In this document: piece by piece, positions 39,711 through 50,291 of the stretch
Layout: the number at the start of each line of letters is the position of its first letter
Numbering within the stretch: position 1 is the stretch's first letter
Notes under the pieces: model-generated
Seen by the model: only the letters and a program-made list of their open reading frames with translations
What the model was told of the DNA's origin: nothing
Databases searched by the model: none
NCBI GenBank assembly: GCA_963668315.1
Contig: OY764216.1
Coordinates: 4,448,001-4,512,000, forward strand
Length of the DNA: 64,000 nucleotides
From: Spirochaetia bacterium
GTDB taxonomy: Bacteria; Spirochaetota; Spirochaetia; DSM-2461
Direction: 5' to 3'
Program-made: the position numbers and the translations under genes

Positions 39711-40586
39711 CTATATTTGTGAATAAACTGTGGTCTTATCTCTCCCGTTTTCTTTGGAGCGGTACAAAGCCTTGTCGGCTTCTTTTATTAACTCGAATAT
39801 ATCACATCGATCGGAAATGATGGATATACCGATGCTGATCGTTAGATTGTATTCGCTGCTGAAAGCTTCCTTCACATTCATTCTTATTCTTTCTGCGAGA
39901 TCGAGCGCTTCCTCCTCTTCCGTATGGGGAAGAACTATTATGAATTCTTCTCCTCCGAATCTCGTACAGATATCAAGTTCTCTTAAATTCAAGAGCAAAA
40001 TTCTGCTGACTTCCATGAGGATTTTATCTCCGGTATTGTGCCCGAAGTTATCATTAATAGACTTGAAATGATCAATATCTATCATCAACAGTGAAAAAGG
40101 GGTCTTGTAGCGGATATATCGCCGGATCTCAATATTGAGTACTTGCATGAGGTGCTGCCTATTGTATAGTTTGGTCAGCGTATCTACCGATGAGAGCTCC
40201 ACAATTTTCCCGAGAAAGGATTCACCGATTATTTTTGGGGCTAGAATCTCCTTTTTTATATTCGTCAAATAATCGAGGGTTGCAACCGTGATTTCCACAT
40301 TTCTGCTAAGCAGGCGGCTCAATTCTTTTTTATGGCGGAGAATCTCATTCCATATAGAAAAAGCCCTGTTCTTTTCAAACACTTCATAGGTCAAATGGAA
40401 AAGGACCTTTACGTAAAAATCTCCCTCCGATTCATTGAGTAATGCTTCAAAAAGCGCCTTCTCCTCATTCGTTTGGAAACGATCTCCGGCTATCCCGGAA
40501 ATAAACTCCTTTGTAAAGACTTTATCGCTGATTATATCAAATAATTTACGGCCATCGTCGTTCTCATTTTTCTTCAAATAATCCAT
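39711..40586 (-). CDS. Diguanylate cyclase (GGEEF)
   Basis: DTLTKLYNR, DIDHFKSINDNFGH, RxxD I-site (RELD) and RFGGEEF. Confidence 0.93.
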   Translation of the reverse strand: MDYLKKNENDDGRKLFDIISDKVFTKEFISGIAGDRFQTNEEKALFEALLNESEGDFYVKVLFHLTYEVFEKNRAFSIWNEILRHKKELSRLLSRNVEITVATLDYLTNIKKEILAPKIIGESFLGKIVELSSVDTLTKLYNRQHLMQVLNIEIRRYIRYKTPFSLLMIDIDHFKSINDNFGHNTGDKILMEVSRILLLNLRELDICTRFGGEEFIIVLPHTEEEEALDLAERIRMNVKEAFSSEYNLTISIGISIISDRCDIFELIKEADKALYRSKENGRDKTTVYSQI

Positions 40587-41073
40587 CCTGTTGAAACAGA
40601 TTCAATTCCATATCTTGTCATCAGGGATTCCTTCAAAGAACTCATAGAATACTTGATTCACATGACGAAGCTCCCAAAAATATTGGTCTCATCCTAGGAG
40701 GAAATATTTCATAAATATATATTTACATCCCCTGACTCTCTTAATTGTAATCATTACCATTAAATAATGCAACCATAGTGCGTCCCAAGTAAATATAGCC
40801 TTATGTCATATCAAGTGTCGTGACATTTAGTAGAGAAGCTAACGGTTAATTCTGATGATATCGGGATCACTAATCAGAAACCTGAGTATATTCTGATTAA
40901 TAAAACTATCAGCGGATGCATCGGGAAATTGATAAGATCCTTGGGGCTGAAAAAAAAAGCTCAGAAGGTATTTAGAAAGTCTTGAATTAAGGTGGTCGCA
41001 TCACAATTCGTATTGCCGCTTCAGCGCTTGAGGACATAGAAACTACCTCCCGTGATTCACGGATTCGGTACGC

Positions 41074-41931
41074 CTATAGGTGAAGTACTTTTTTCCAGTC
41101 CGTGTCGCGGAACAGTACGGCATGCATCATTAGGGAGGCGAAAGCAAGAAAGCAGAGGATAAAAGAGGCGATGAGCGACCATCCGGAAAAAACCGTAGAA
41201 AAATCCAGTGCGACCAGCATAAGGGACAGGAGCATAAAGAATAAGCTTACCACATTCAGTCCCCTGCGCTTGAAAAGCCCCGTAAGGAAAATGAAAAGGG
41301 CGGCAGGAATAAGTGCTGAGACGACAATCGGGGACCATCTCATCATCCCGGAGAGTATAAATTCCAGGGCGATGAGAAAGAGGGCTATCATGAGGAGGGA
41401 GAGACTGACGGTATTCCGCCATTTTCTTCTTGCCTTGCCCATGTAAAGCACGAAAATGTCGGCTGAAACCGCTCCCGCCAGGATGATATGGAAATCCCCG
41501 GAGAGCAGGAAATCCCACGGGAACTGCTTCCTGAACAGCATGAACCAGCAGAGGATTATAAGGCCAGCGGAGTTGACAAGCAGGCCGGGCCTCCTGTAAA
41601 AAAGCACTCCCGCCAGGGCAATTCCGAATGCGGCCGGCAGGGAAATCATCACATAATAGGACCAGGAGATAAGGCCGTTCTGGATATAATCCAGCAACGG
41701 GGTCAGAAGGAGGGGCAGTAGGCAGGCCATAACCGCCAGAGAAAGGAACAGCGACCTCTTCTGCCGGAGAGTGAGGGAGCGGTGCATCTTTCGGGCCTTC
41801 ACCGAATCGGCGGGATAAATCCCTTCTGATTTCTGGGGATTCCGGACCTCCCCGGGGATGGCCGTATCGCAGAGGGGGCATTTTTCCAGGCGGTCTTCAA
41901 CTTCGACTCCGCATCGCGGGCAATAGGGCAT
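41074..41931 (-). CDS. Zinc-ribbon membrane protein (DUF6320-like)
   Basis: N-terminal YCPRCGV..KCPLC followed by multiple TM helices. Confidence 0.7.
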   Translation of the reverse strand: MPYCPRCGVEVEDRLEKCPLCDTAIPGEVRNPQKSEGIYPADSVKARKMHRSLTLRQKRSLFLSLAVMACLLPLLLTPLLDYIQNGLISWSYYVMISLPAAFGIALAGVLFYRRPGLLVNSAGLIILCWFMLFRKQFPWDFLLSGDFHIILAGAVSADIFVLYMGKARRKWRNTVSLSLLMIALFLIALEFILSGMMRWSPIVVSALIPAALFIFLTGLFKRRGLNVVSLFFMLLSLMLVALDFSTVFSGWSLIASFILCFLAFASLMMHAVLFRDTDWKKVLHL

Positions 41932-43209
41932 TCACATCCTCCCCGAATTCAATAAATTCGTCATGATACTTACGGAAACGCCCTCTTTGCGTAGCGCCGC
42001 AAAAAAAGCCGCTTCCACTTCCTTCCCCCATAACGTACTCCCGAAGAACAGGGAGATACTGTCCCTGTAGCCGATGGCCGTCAAATTAATCCGGCCGGAG
42101 TTCCTGGGCGGAATGATCTCGTATTTTTTAACATACTTTCCCATCTTAACAGGCAGGCGGACCAGGCCGAGATTGGAAAAGCTCATGGTGTAGGTATTCT
42201 CACCCATTCTCCTGTTAATCCATTTGAGAATCGGCTTCTTGAGCAGGAGGGGGAGAACGCGGGACAGGACATTCGCTTCGCCCCGGATGTTGCGGGCTAT
42301 CTGCATCTTAAGGTAATTGATATCCATTTCGAGTCTCATGTAATCCCTTACCCGGCCGATGATATATTCCAAGGTGGTCCGCCCCAGTCTCGGATCAACG
42401 GTGGGCTCTACGGTCAGCATGAAGTTCCTCATTGTTTTGGAAGGGAAGAACTGCCTTACGTCGACGGGGATAGTCACCGTTACGGGCTTCATGCGCTTTT
42501 TCGTCCGCTCCAGGTCACATAGTACCTTAAGAAGCACTGCGCTCAGATAGACCCCTATGGTCACGCCGAAAGCCTCGGCGCGGATCTTTACATCCCCTGT
42601 AATCAGGATTCCCTCGATAATTCGGTATCTCGGCGGCTTGAGCGGTGCTCCCCTTAGCTGCGCCGCTCTCCGGCACGGCTTCGCCCGGGGGATATTCCTG
42701 TCGAAATTCCTTTTGTAACCGTCTGAATACTCCTCCGGGTCGCAGTCATCTTCGCAATCCAGAACCATCCCGTCGGAAGAGACGTCTTCTCCCATTATTT
42801 TCAGATATTCCAGAATCAGCCCGTTCAGAAACATTACAGCCGATTTTCCGTCGGCCAGTAGATGGGATGCTTCAAAGGCGATGCGATGGCGATAGGCGAT
42901 AATCCGGAAAGGAAGGACATCCCTTCTTTTGAAGGGGATATACTGGCAGGGCGACTGGCTCTCCCCATGAACGAGGGGCAGGGTATCGACCTTGTCCAGA
43001 TAGTACCAGAAGACGCCCTGCTTCAAAGTGACTTGGTAATAGGGGCATCGCGCCATCATATTCCGGGCCGCCTCTTCGAGTGCGCCTATTCGGACCGGCT
43101 TATCCATGAGAGCCGCAATCCGGAATATGGTGGTTCTCTCCTTTGAAAGAAGAGGAGGATAAAGCTTCCCCGCATTATCCAGGCGGTAATCGTAAAATTG
43201 CTCTTTCAT
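41932..43209 (-). CDS. CoA-dependent acyltransferase (alcohol acetyltransferase / condensation fold)
   Basis: LDNAGKLYP, GVFWYY, HLLADG (HxxxDG), FPSKTMRNF and FSNLG motifs. Confidence 0.75.
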   Translation of the reverse strand: MKEQFYDYRLDNAGKLYPPLLSKERTTIFRIAALMDKPVRIGALEEAARNMMARCPYYQVTLKQGVFWYYLDKVDTLPLVHGESQSPCQYIPFKRRDVLPFRIIAYRHRIAFEASHLLADGKSAVMFLNGLILEYLKIMGEDVSSDGMVLDCEDDCDPEEYSDGYKRNFDRNIPRAKPCRRAAQLRGAPLKPPRYRIIEGILITGDVKIRAEAFGVTIGVYLSAVLLKVLCDLERTKKRMKPVTVTIPVDVRQFFPSKTMRNFMLTVEPTVDPRLGRTTLEYIIGRVRDYMRLEMDINYLKMQIARNIRGEANVLSRVLPLLLKKPILKWINRRMGENTYTMSFSNLGLVRLPVKMGKYVKKYEIIPPRNSGRINLTAIGYRDSISLFFGSTLWGKEVEAAFFAALRKEGVSVSIMTNLLNSGRM

Positions 43210-43381
43210 CCTTTGGCTGCCCCTTCAATTATATATGATCCCCCGGAATAATGCCATCGGCCGTGATAAGAAACGCCGTTCCCTGTCCCCCATGCCTCCC
43301 ATGGGGAGAAAATCGGCACGGATGATCGAAAGAAGCGCGATTACGCCGGGAGTATGGTATAATGGGGGAAAGGACTAAGAT

Positions 43382-43603
43382 ATGAATAGAATCAAAACCG
43401 ATCAAGAGCTCAACACTATCGCCTTGAAAGTGGTGGATATTGCCGGTATCGCGGAAACCTTGAAAACAGCATGCGAAAAAGCCATTTACAGATATAACAA
43501 GGGAACACCCCTGAACCTTTCCGAGCTTGAAAGGAGTTTACTGCTGAAGGCAAATTATGGTGAAATGATTATATCAGACCAAACCGACAGATGGCTTCTG
43601 TAG
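43382..43603 (+). CDS. Small hypothetical protein
   Basis: AAAGGA RBS and upstream TGGTATAAT; 73-aa ORF with no recognised motif. Confidence 0.4.
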   Translation: MNRIKTDQELNTIALKVVDIAGIAETLKTACEKAIYRYNKGTPLNLSELERSLLLKANYGEMIISDQTDRWLL

Positions 43604-45268
43604 ACGCGAGTGGCGTACGGCCTCTTTGATTAAGGGGATAAGGGGAGGGGCTACGCTTAGCGTCCCTATGCCGCATGAAAGGAGCTTTTCCACGTTCTGC
43701 GGCTGACCTGCCAGTTCCCCGCATACGGAAAGGGGCATGTCCGGAACGTCTCCCCGGGTAAGGCCGATCAATCTGAAAATGACTTGGGAAGAATCATTGA
43801 AATAGGTCTCCACCGCCCCGTTCTCGCGGTCGGCGGCATAGGAATACTGGGTAAGGTCATTCGTTCCGAAACTGAGGAAGTCGGCATATTCGCCTATGAG
43901 CTTCGCAGACAATGCGGCGGCGGGGGTCTCGATCATGGCGCCGAGGGGGGGCGGGGATGTCATGTTTTCCTCGGAGCACAGCCGGTCGAGAATTTCCCTT
44001 ACCCGGGCCATTTCTTCCGGCAGGGAAACCATGGGCACCAGAATGCGGATGTCAAATTCCCGGGACAACTGGAGCAGAGCTCTCATATTGGTTTTCAATA
44101 GCTCCGGGTATCTGAAAAGGAGCCGTATGCCGCGCTGCCCCAGTGCGGGATTCGATTCGGCCAGAAAACTCATAAACGCCAATTGTTTGTCGCTTCCGAG
44201 ATCAAGAAGCCGAACGTTGACGGGCAGGCCTTTGGCGGAACTCAAGGTTTGCCTCATTTCCGAGAGCAGTTCGCTGACTTTCGGCGGAGCGATCCGCCCG
44301 AGATAGGCCCGCTCCATCCGATAAAGACCTATTCCGTCGGCACCGTTTTCCATGGCCCGCTCCGTGTCCTCGGGGCATCCGACATTCGCCAGCACGGAAA
44401 TCCGTAAACCGTCCTCCGTAACCGCCGGGCCGGCGGCTTTGAGCCTGACAATCTCCCGGTTTTGCCTGTTCTCATCCATTTTACCACGGAAAATACGGAT
44501 CTGCTTTTCCATAGGGCGGATAATGACTGTCCCCTCATCGGCGTTAACAAGCGCCGGATCTTCCTCGGAAAAGAGGGACTGGATACCGGATATGCCGGAT
44601 ATGCAGGGTATGCCCATCTCGCGCAGAAAAAGGGAGGCGTGGGAGCCGTAGCTTCCGTATTCAAGGAGAACGGCAGATATGGAACGGCCTGAAAGAAAAA
44701 CAGTATCGGAGGGGAGAAGGCGGGAGATAGCCAGCACGCTATGCTGCGGGATTTCGTCGAGGGGGTGGACTGTTATTCCGGCAAGGGCGTTTGAAAGGCG
44801 TATCGAAACGTCCTTCATGTCTTCTCCCTTGTCCCTTGAAATTTGGGAATCCATTAAAAGAAACCTCTTTTCCCAGCGCAGGAAGACGGTTTTCACGGCG
44901 CTGCTCGCGGTGACAAGGTTATCTTCTATTTCCCTTTTCAGCTCATTCCTTAAGGAAGTATCCTCCACTATCAGCTTGTGGATCCCGAAAATACTGGCCA
45001 GTCTCGCATCCACTTGCTCTTCCACGCGAACGGCTAGAGCGCATAGATCATCGGATACCTTTGTCGTAGCCTCATCAAGCCGGTAAAATTCTTCTTCGAT
45101 ATCATGGCGCTTTATGTCGGCGGGCACATCAATCGGCCCTAGAATATTGCGATGGGTGTGAACAAGCCCTTCCACAATTCCCGGGGAGAGGGGAATCCCC
45201 TTTACGATGAGTCCCTTCTTTTGTATCAATGATTCATCCTTTCCCATCTGATCCGGGGGGAGATTCAT
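43574..45268 (-). CDS. PTS enzyme I-like PEP-protein phosphotransferase
   Basis: GIPLSPG, phospho-His loop GSYGSHAS, GIGLYRME, ESNPALGQRGIR, MIETPAA, SFGTNDLTQY and SVCGELAG. Confidence 0.9.
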   Translation of the reverse strand: MNLPPDQMGKDESLIQKKGLIVKGIPLSPGIVEGLVHTHRNILGPIDVPADIKRHDIEEEFYRLDEATTKVSDDLCALAVRVEEQVDARLASIFGIHKLIVEDTSLRNELKREIEDNLVTASSAVKTVFLRWEKRFLLMDSQISRDKGEDMKDVSIRLSNALAGITVHPLDEIPQHSVLAISRLLPSDTVFLSGRSISAVLLEYGSYGSHASLFLREMGIPCISGISGIQSLFSEEDPALVNADEGTVIIRPMEKQIRIFRGKMDENRQNREIVRLKAAGPAVTEDGLRISVLANVGCPEDTERAMENGADGIGLYRMERAYLGRIAPPKVSELLSEMRQTLSSAKGLPVNVRLLDLGSDKQLAFMSFLAESNPALGQRGIRLLFRYPELLKTNMRALLQLSREFDIRILVPMVSLPEEMARVREILDRLCSEENMTSPPPLGAMIETPAAALSAKLIGEYADFLSFGTNDLTQYSYAADRENGAVETYFNDSSQVIFRLIGLTRGDVPDMPLSVCGELAGQPQNVEKLLSCGIGTLSVAPPLIPLIKEAVRHSRLQKPSVGLV

Positions 45269-45519
45269 TCCCCTCCGCGCCCTTCTTCCCCAGAGCGGGA
45301 ATCATCATGGCGGTGAAGCAAATACATGGCGCCGCCCCAAACTAATCCTGTCACGATAATAATCAGAACGCCGATCCAGGGAACAATGCCCAGAAGATAT
45401 AGGGCCAGGCTGAATGCGCCGAACAAAACCCCCGTTATGGCAAGAAAAGTTAACAGCCATACCCATAAGGGTTTATCCGAAAGGAAACTGATGATTTTGT
45501 TATCTGTGGAATTATGCAT
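45265..45519 (-). CDS. Small two-TM membrane protein coupled to the enzyme I gene
   Basis: AGGAGG RBS; two hydrophobic helices; ATGA overlap with the enzyme I gene. Confidence 0.7.
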   Translation of the reverse strand: MHNSTDNKIISFLSDKPLWVWLLTFLAITGVLFGAFSLALYLLGIVPWIGVLIIIVTGLVWGGAMYLLHRHDDSRSGEEGRGGE

Positions 45520-45933
45520 AAGAACCTCCTACGGTTCCGATATGAAGATAGAAGGATGCGTCCGTTTCGGGTAAGGGAACCTGCTGCGTTCTCTCCGCAT
45601 AAACCTATCACTCGCAAATGTATGTTGCTCAGAGTTATTAGTAAGACTTTAGCAGGGCAGGCGAAAGTTGCAAGCATGTTGTCTAATGCTTGTCTCCTTC
45701 ATGTTCCTATGGGAATGGCAGAAGAAATGAAATAAATCAGTTCCTAAGGATATATTAGAAATTTAACTACAGAAAACACAATAAATCAATAGGAATTGAT
45801 ATTATTACCCGCAAAGGTTTCGCAGAGCCCATTTCTTATAGGTGCCATGCCAGCGAACCCGATGCGGATAAGGTGGGAAAGATATACCATGCCAGTCGAC
45901 AGCCGGAGCTTCGCCTGGGCATGGTATGGAAGT

Positions 45934-46194
45934 TTATCTCCTGTTAGGATTCGACTCGGAGACGTTGACCTTCAGATTTCTGCCAAGAACTTCCTTACCG
46001 TTAAGGGCCGATATCGCCTTGGAAGCTTCTTCATTATCTGACATCTCGACAAAACCGAATCCCTTGGAGCGGCTTGTCTCCCTGTCCAAAATGATCTTGA
46101 CGGAATTGACTTTGCCGAATTCGTCAAAAAGGTTTTGAACATCAAACTCGCTCGTTTCCCAACTCAGATTTCCCACATAAATATTACTAGACAT
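45934..46194 (-). CDS. RRM RNA-binding protein
   Basis: RNP2 IYVGNL and RNP1 KGFGFVEM. Confidence 0.95.
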   Translation of the reverse strand: MSSNIYVGNLSWETSEFDVQNLFDEFGKVNSVKIILDRETSRSKGFGFVEMSDNEEASKAISALNGKEVLGRNLKVNVSESNPNRR

Positions 46195-46362
46195 ATTGTC
46201 TCCTTACACCGGCGTCAACCGGTCTTGTTAATCAAGAGAATAAATCAAAATAATAAATGACGCGGAAAAGTATAAAGGATACTGAAAGTGGATACGATCG
46301 GGATCTTATGTTTAATAACGAATCAAAAAGAATAAATGAAATAAACTTGCTTGTTGAATAAG

Positions 46363-46391
46363 ACACTACCTTAGTTCATGCTTATTGTCAA
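46363..46391 (-). promoter_or_regulatory. Sigma70 promoter for the RRM gene
   Basis: TTGACA-17 bp-TAGTGT, about 165 nt upstream of the start codon. Confidence 0.6.
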
Positions 46392-46508
46392 TACGGAGGG
46401 ACTTTTTTCTGAGTTGAATCTGAGAGCGGAACAATTTTTGATATCCTATTTTGAGTTCCCCCCGGATGAGCAGCCCACGGGATGCTAAAGGAAGAAAGGA
46501 AAGGATTG

Positions 46509-48737
46509 TCAATCGGAAAATTCATAATATGAAAAAACGGTAAGGTAGGATATCAGATAGGCAAGAGTGCTTTCCGCCCCCTGATTCCTATTGACCCCAT
46601 AGGATTTCAAGCCGTCGTTGCACCCTTTCGTTTCAAAATCGTAGAGAGGGACTCGCAGATCATTTTCTCCCAGAAACCACATAAAGGAGTCGAACATCTT
46701 TTTCAGGTCCCCTTTGTCCTGGCTGATTGCGTATGCCTTTTGGTACATAAGGATAACTGACATGGCATTGATGGGCTGCTGATCGAATTTGGCCTGTTGC
46801 TCCCCTTTTCGGAACCATTTCTCCGTCCCCACGGGGGAGAGGTAGCCCTCCCGCAATACCGTGCCTTCGAGGAATCCCATCGCCTCCTGAGCGATGGCCA
46901 GAGTCTCTGCGTCTTCGGTTAATTCGAAGGCGCACATTAGGGCGTAGGGGATCATCCCGTTATCATAGGTCAGGGAAGTTTCGAACCAGTGCCAGTCGTC
47001 AGAGTTATGATCCTTGTAACGGAGCAATATGCCGTTAGCCAGCTCCTTCAGTAGTTCAAAGGCATTTTCATCGCCGTTATACCTTTTGTTCCAGTGGTAG
47101 AGGCCGATGATGGAATTGGCTATACCCCTGAGGGACCCAAGCGATCCTATTTTCCCGTAGGATCTTCCGAACAGTTCCACCCCGATTTCAAGGAAGGCTT
47201 CGGAGGGGGCATAACGTATCATATACCCTAACGCCCAGATGGTTCTGCCGAAGGAATCCTCCGATCCCTCATCATCGAGAAAACGTCCGTCATAGGAAAG
47301 AAAATTTCTAAAGGATCCGTCTTCGTTCTGCATATATTGAATATAGCTCAGATAGTGGGGCATCAGTTGCAATGCCGAAGTATCCCTAAGCTGCCGGTAA
47401 GCCATGACGGACATCAATAGAGCTCTGGCATTGTCATCCAGGCAGTAACCATCTTTGAAACTGGGGATATTGTATTTGGCATGCTGGAGGATTCCGGTAC
47501 TGTCCGTAAGCCTTTCGATATGATCCATTTTGAACTGGGGAAGGAGCAGTTGCTTGATTTCCCATTCCGGTATCTCTTCTGTCTTTCTGTAGGAGCCGAT
47601 AGTCTCCGTGCATAACTCCCTATAGCGTTTTCCCACCTCCGGCCAGAATGTGAGCTTCCCATATTCGCAGGCGCGCGTCTTCAGTTCCTGCAATTTCGCC
47701 GGGTTATCCAGAAGATCATTGAGTATTTCCGCTAAGCCTTCCGAGTCGTTGAAATCGAACAATAACCCTCTGCCGTCGGCCAACAGTTCTCTGGCGTGCA
47801 AGTAAGGAGTCGAGATTACCGCAGTTCCGGCTCCCACCGCATAGGCCAGAGTGCCGCTTGTTATCTGCGCTTCATTCAGATAGGGCGTGACGTACAGGTC
47901 CGCCGCGCATAGGTATCCCAGAAGCTCCCGGGTCTCAATGTAGCTGTCGTCAAAAAACACATTGTCAAGGAGACCGTTTTTCCTGACAAGCAGCTTTAAA
48001 TAATTCCGATACTCCTCTCCCGAATTTTTTTGAACAGTGGGATGGGTTTTCCCCAGGATTATATATAAAAGATCCGGATGATTATTTACTACCTTGGGCA
48101 AGGCGTTGATTACGGTTTCCAACCCCTTGTTCCTGCTCAGGAAGCCGAATGTCAGAAGGGTCTTTTTCCCATCCAGCTTTAGTTTTCCCCTGTGAAAGTT
48201 CTTCCTGCTGAAATCAAATTCCGGCACGCCGTGGGGAATAACCACTATCTTATCTTCCGGTATATCGTAAACGGAGCTCAGAATCCCGATGGCGAGTTTA
48301 TTCATAACGACAATCCTTGACGCTTCTCTTCCGATTTCCATGATAATATTCCGTTCGTTATATGAAGGTTCTTTTAGCACCGTATGGAAAATAGGGATGA
48401 GGGGAACATTCAACCTATGTATAAGGGGCAGGATGTAAATCCCGCTGTTGCCGCCGAAAATACCGAACTCATGCTGCAGGAAACAAACGTCGGGATTTCT
48501 CCGGTTAATGTATTTGACGGCTTTCAGGTAATCCTGCGGCCGGTCCCGGTTAATTTCCTGGGTCACGATCTGAGGATAGTCATAGCCTGTGGGCTGGTCA
48601 TTCATAGCGATGACATAAGTCTCATTTTCTTCCATCGTCTTATCCCCCGCAGACTTTACTGCTTCCATAAAATCACGGGTGAATGTGGCGATCCCGCACT
48701 CCCGGGGGGGGTAGTTCCCAATACAGGCAATCTTCAT
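46509..48737 (-). CDS. GT4 glycosyltransferase fused to an (alpha/alpha)6 glycosidase-like domain
   Basis: GNYPPRECGIATFT, LQHEFGIFGG, NKGLE and QITSGTLAYA; C-terminal GILQHA..GYCLDDNARAL, FDQQP and NQGAES. Confidence 0.85.
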   Translation of the reverse strand: MKIACIGNYPPRECGIATFTRDFMEAVKSAGDKTMEENETYVIAMNDQPTGYDYPQIVTQEINRDRPQDYLKAVKYINRRNPDVCFLQHEFGIFGGNSGIYILPLIHRLNVPLIPIFHTVLKEPSYNERNIIMEIGREASRIVVMNKLAIGILSSVYDIPEDKIVVIPHGVPEFDFSRKNFHRGKLKLDGKKTLLTFGFLSRNKGLETVINALPKVVNNHPDLLYIILGKTHPTVQKNSGEEYRNYLKLLVRKNGLLDNVFFDDSYIETRELLGYLCAADLYVTPYLNEAQITSGTLAYAVGAGTAVISTPYLHARELLADGRGLLFDFNDSEGLAEILNDLLDNPAKLQELKTRACEYGKLTFWPEVGKRYRELCTETIGSYRKTEEIPEWEIKQLLLPQFKMDHIERLTDSTGILQHAKYNIPSFKDGYCLDDNARALLMSVMAYRQLRDTSALQLMPHYLSYIQYMQNEDGSFRNFLSYDGRFLDDEGSEDSFGRTIWALGYMIRYAPSEAFLEIGVELFGRSYGKIGSLGSLRGIANSIIGLYHWNKRYNGDENAFELLKELANGILLRYKDHNSDDWHWFETSLTYDNGMIPYALMCAFELTEDAETLAIAQEAMGFLEGTVLREGYLSPVGTEKWFRKGEQQAKFDQQPINAMSVILMYQKAYAISQDKGDLKKMFDSFMWFLGENDLRVPLYDFETKGCNDGLKSYGVNRNQGAESTLAYLISYLTVFSYYEFSD

Positions 48738-48770
48738 AACATGTTTCTCCTTGAGGCTCGTACGTCCCTT

Positions 48771-50234
48771 CTACGGTAAGAGTTCTTTCAAAATCTCATC
48801 AACGTTAAGGGATGCGAATGATGATGCGGAATCGGACATACCGTAAGGTATGATCAGTTTGTTGCGATGGATCATCGAGCCGCAGGAATAGAGGACATTG
48901 GGTACGTAACCCTCCCGCTCTTCGTCATTCGCTATGAGAACCGGGTCGGCCAGCTGACCGATGACTTTTTCCGGGTGCTCCCGGTCCAGCAGGGTGATCC
49001 CAAGGGAATACTCCCTCATCGCCCCGACGCCGTGGGTGATGAGCAGCCAGCCTTTCTCCGTTTCAACGGGAGAGCCGCAGTTCCCGATCTGGACTAGTTC
49101 CCAGGGATAGTGCGGTTCTTCGATTTTTACCGCGTCATTCCACATAAGAAGATCATCGGAATACATCAGATAATTACAGAATCCGTCAATACGGGATACC
49201 ATGACGTATTTATTTCTGATTTTCCTGGGGAAAAGAGCCATGCCCTTATTCTGAACCGCCTTACCATGGAGAGGCCTGATTGTGAAATGGTAAAAGTCTT
49301 TGGTTTCAAGCAGCTTGGGGAGAATCGTAAATCCGTTGTACGCGGTAAATGTGGCGTAATAAGTGACAGACCCGTCCTCGTCGGTGAACCTGACGAACCT
49401 CGCATCTTCAATTCCGTTGCTTTCCGAACGGGAGACAGGGAAAATCACCCGTTCGGAGATTGTCGTGTCTTTGGAAAATTGAATTTCATAATGGGCGTCC
49501 GCCAGCCAGATGAGCGAGTTGATAACATTCTTTTTCGAGACGGTAACATTTTTGCCTTTCGTAGCTTTATGGATGCTTCTTTGGAGTTCCCCATAGGTAA
49601 AGGTTTCATTCAAAGATTCCATAATCTGGTTAACAATCTCTTTGTGGATGTTCATTTCATCCAATTTCTCTAAGTATTGTTTTTTGTCGTACTCTCGTAT
49701 TTTTACGATATCGGGCAGTTCCACAAGGTTGTTTGTGCCTTTGAAGGTCAGGTTGTTTTTACCATCAATAATACCGCTGCGGAATACAATGGATGAAATG
49801 TGCCCCTCCCCGGTGGCGCGGAAGCTGACTATGATCCTTTTCTGGCCCGCTCCGAGGTGATCCTGGTTGGGATCCTCAATGACGGACGGGTTGAAGAATG
49901 CCGCCGATTCGATGGAGTATTCATGGGTATAGAAAGCTCCCATCAGTAACTGCCTTTCAGAAGAAAGAGAATCCGGGTCAATTCCCAGATCATTGAGAAA
50001 ATGCCTTATATTCGAGAAATGCTTCTGGAAATGGCTGGTGATGTTCCTGTGCCTGTTGGCATAATTTGCCAAGATTGTTTTAAGTCTGGCTTCCACATCC
50101 CTGTCATCCAGCTTCAGAATCTTCTGGATAAGAATATGATTCCTCTCCGGGGGTCCGGCGATAAAGAATCTGGCGATTACCCTTTTGGGATCCGGATAGA
50201 ATCTGGTTTTAAACCGATTGACTTTAATACCCAT
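48771..50234 (-). CDS. GH130-family glycosidase/phosphorylase (long form)
   Basis: AFFNPS, GIEDARF, NKGMALFP, LITHGVG and GYVPNVLYSCG motifs. Confidence 0.88.
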   Translation of the reverse strand: MGIKVNRFKTRFYPDPKRVIARFFIAGPPERNHILIQKILKLDDRDVEARLKTILANYANRHRNITSHFQKHFSNIRHFLNDLGIDPDSLSSERQLLMGAFYTHEYSIESAAFFNPSVIEDPNQDHLGAGQKRIIVSFRATGEGHISSIVFRSGIIDGKNNLTFKGTNNLVELPDIVKIREYDKKQYLEKLDEMNIHKEIVNQIMESLNETFTYGELQRSIHKATKGKNVTVSKKNVINSLIWLADAHYEIQFSKDTTISERVIFPVSRSESNGIEDARFVRFTDEDGSVTYYATFTAYNGFTILPKLLETKDFYHFTIRPLHGKAVQNKGMALFPRKIRNKYVMVSRIDGFCNYLMYSDDLLMWNDAVKIEEPHYPWELVQIGNCGSPVETEKGWLLITHGVGAMREYSLGITLLDREHPEKVIGQLADPVLIANDEEREGYVPNVLYSCGSMIHRNKLIIPYGMSDSASSFASLNVDEILKELLP

Positions 50235-50291
50235 ATATCATCACCTCATTAAATCTTAAGCGCCATCCATCCAATTAATGTTTGCCTATTT

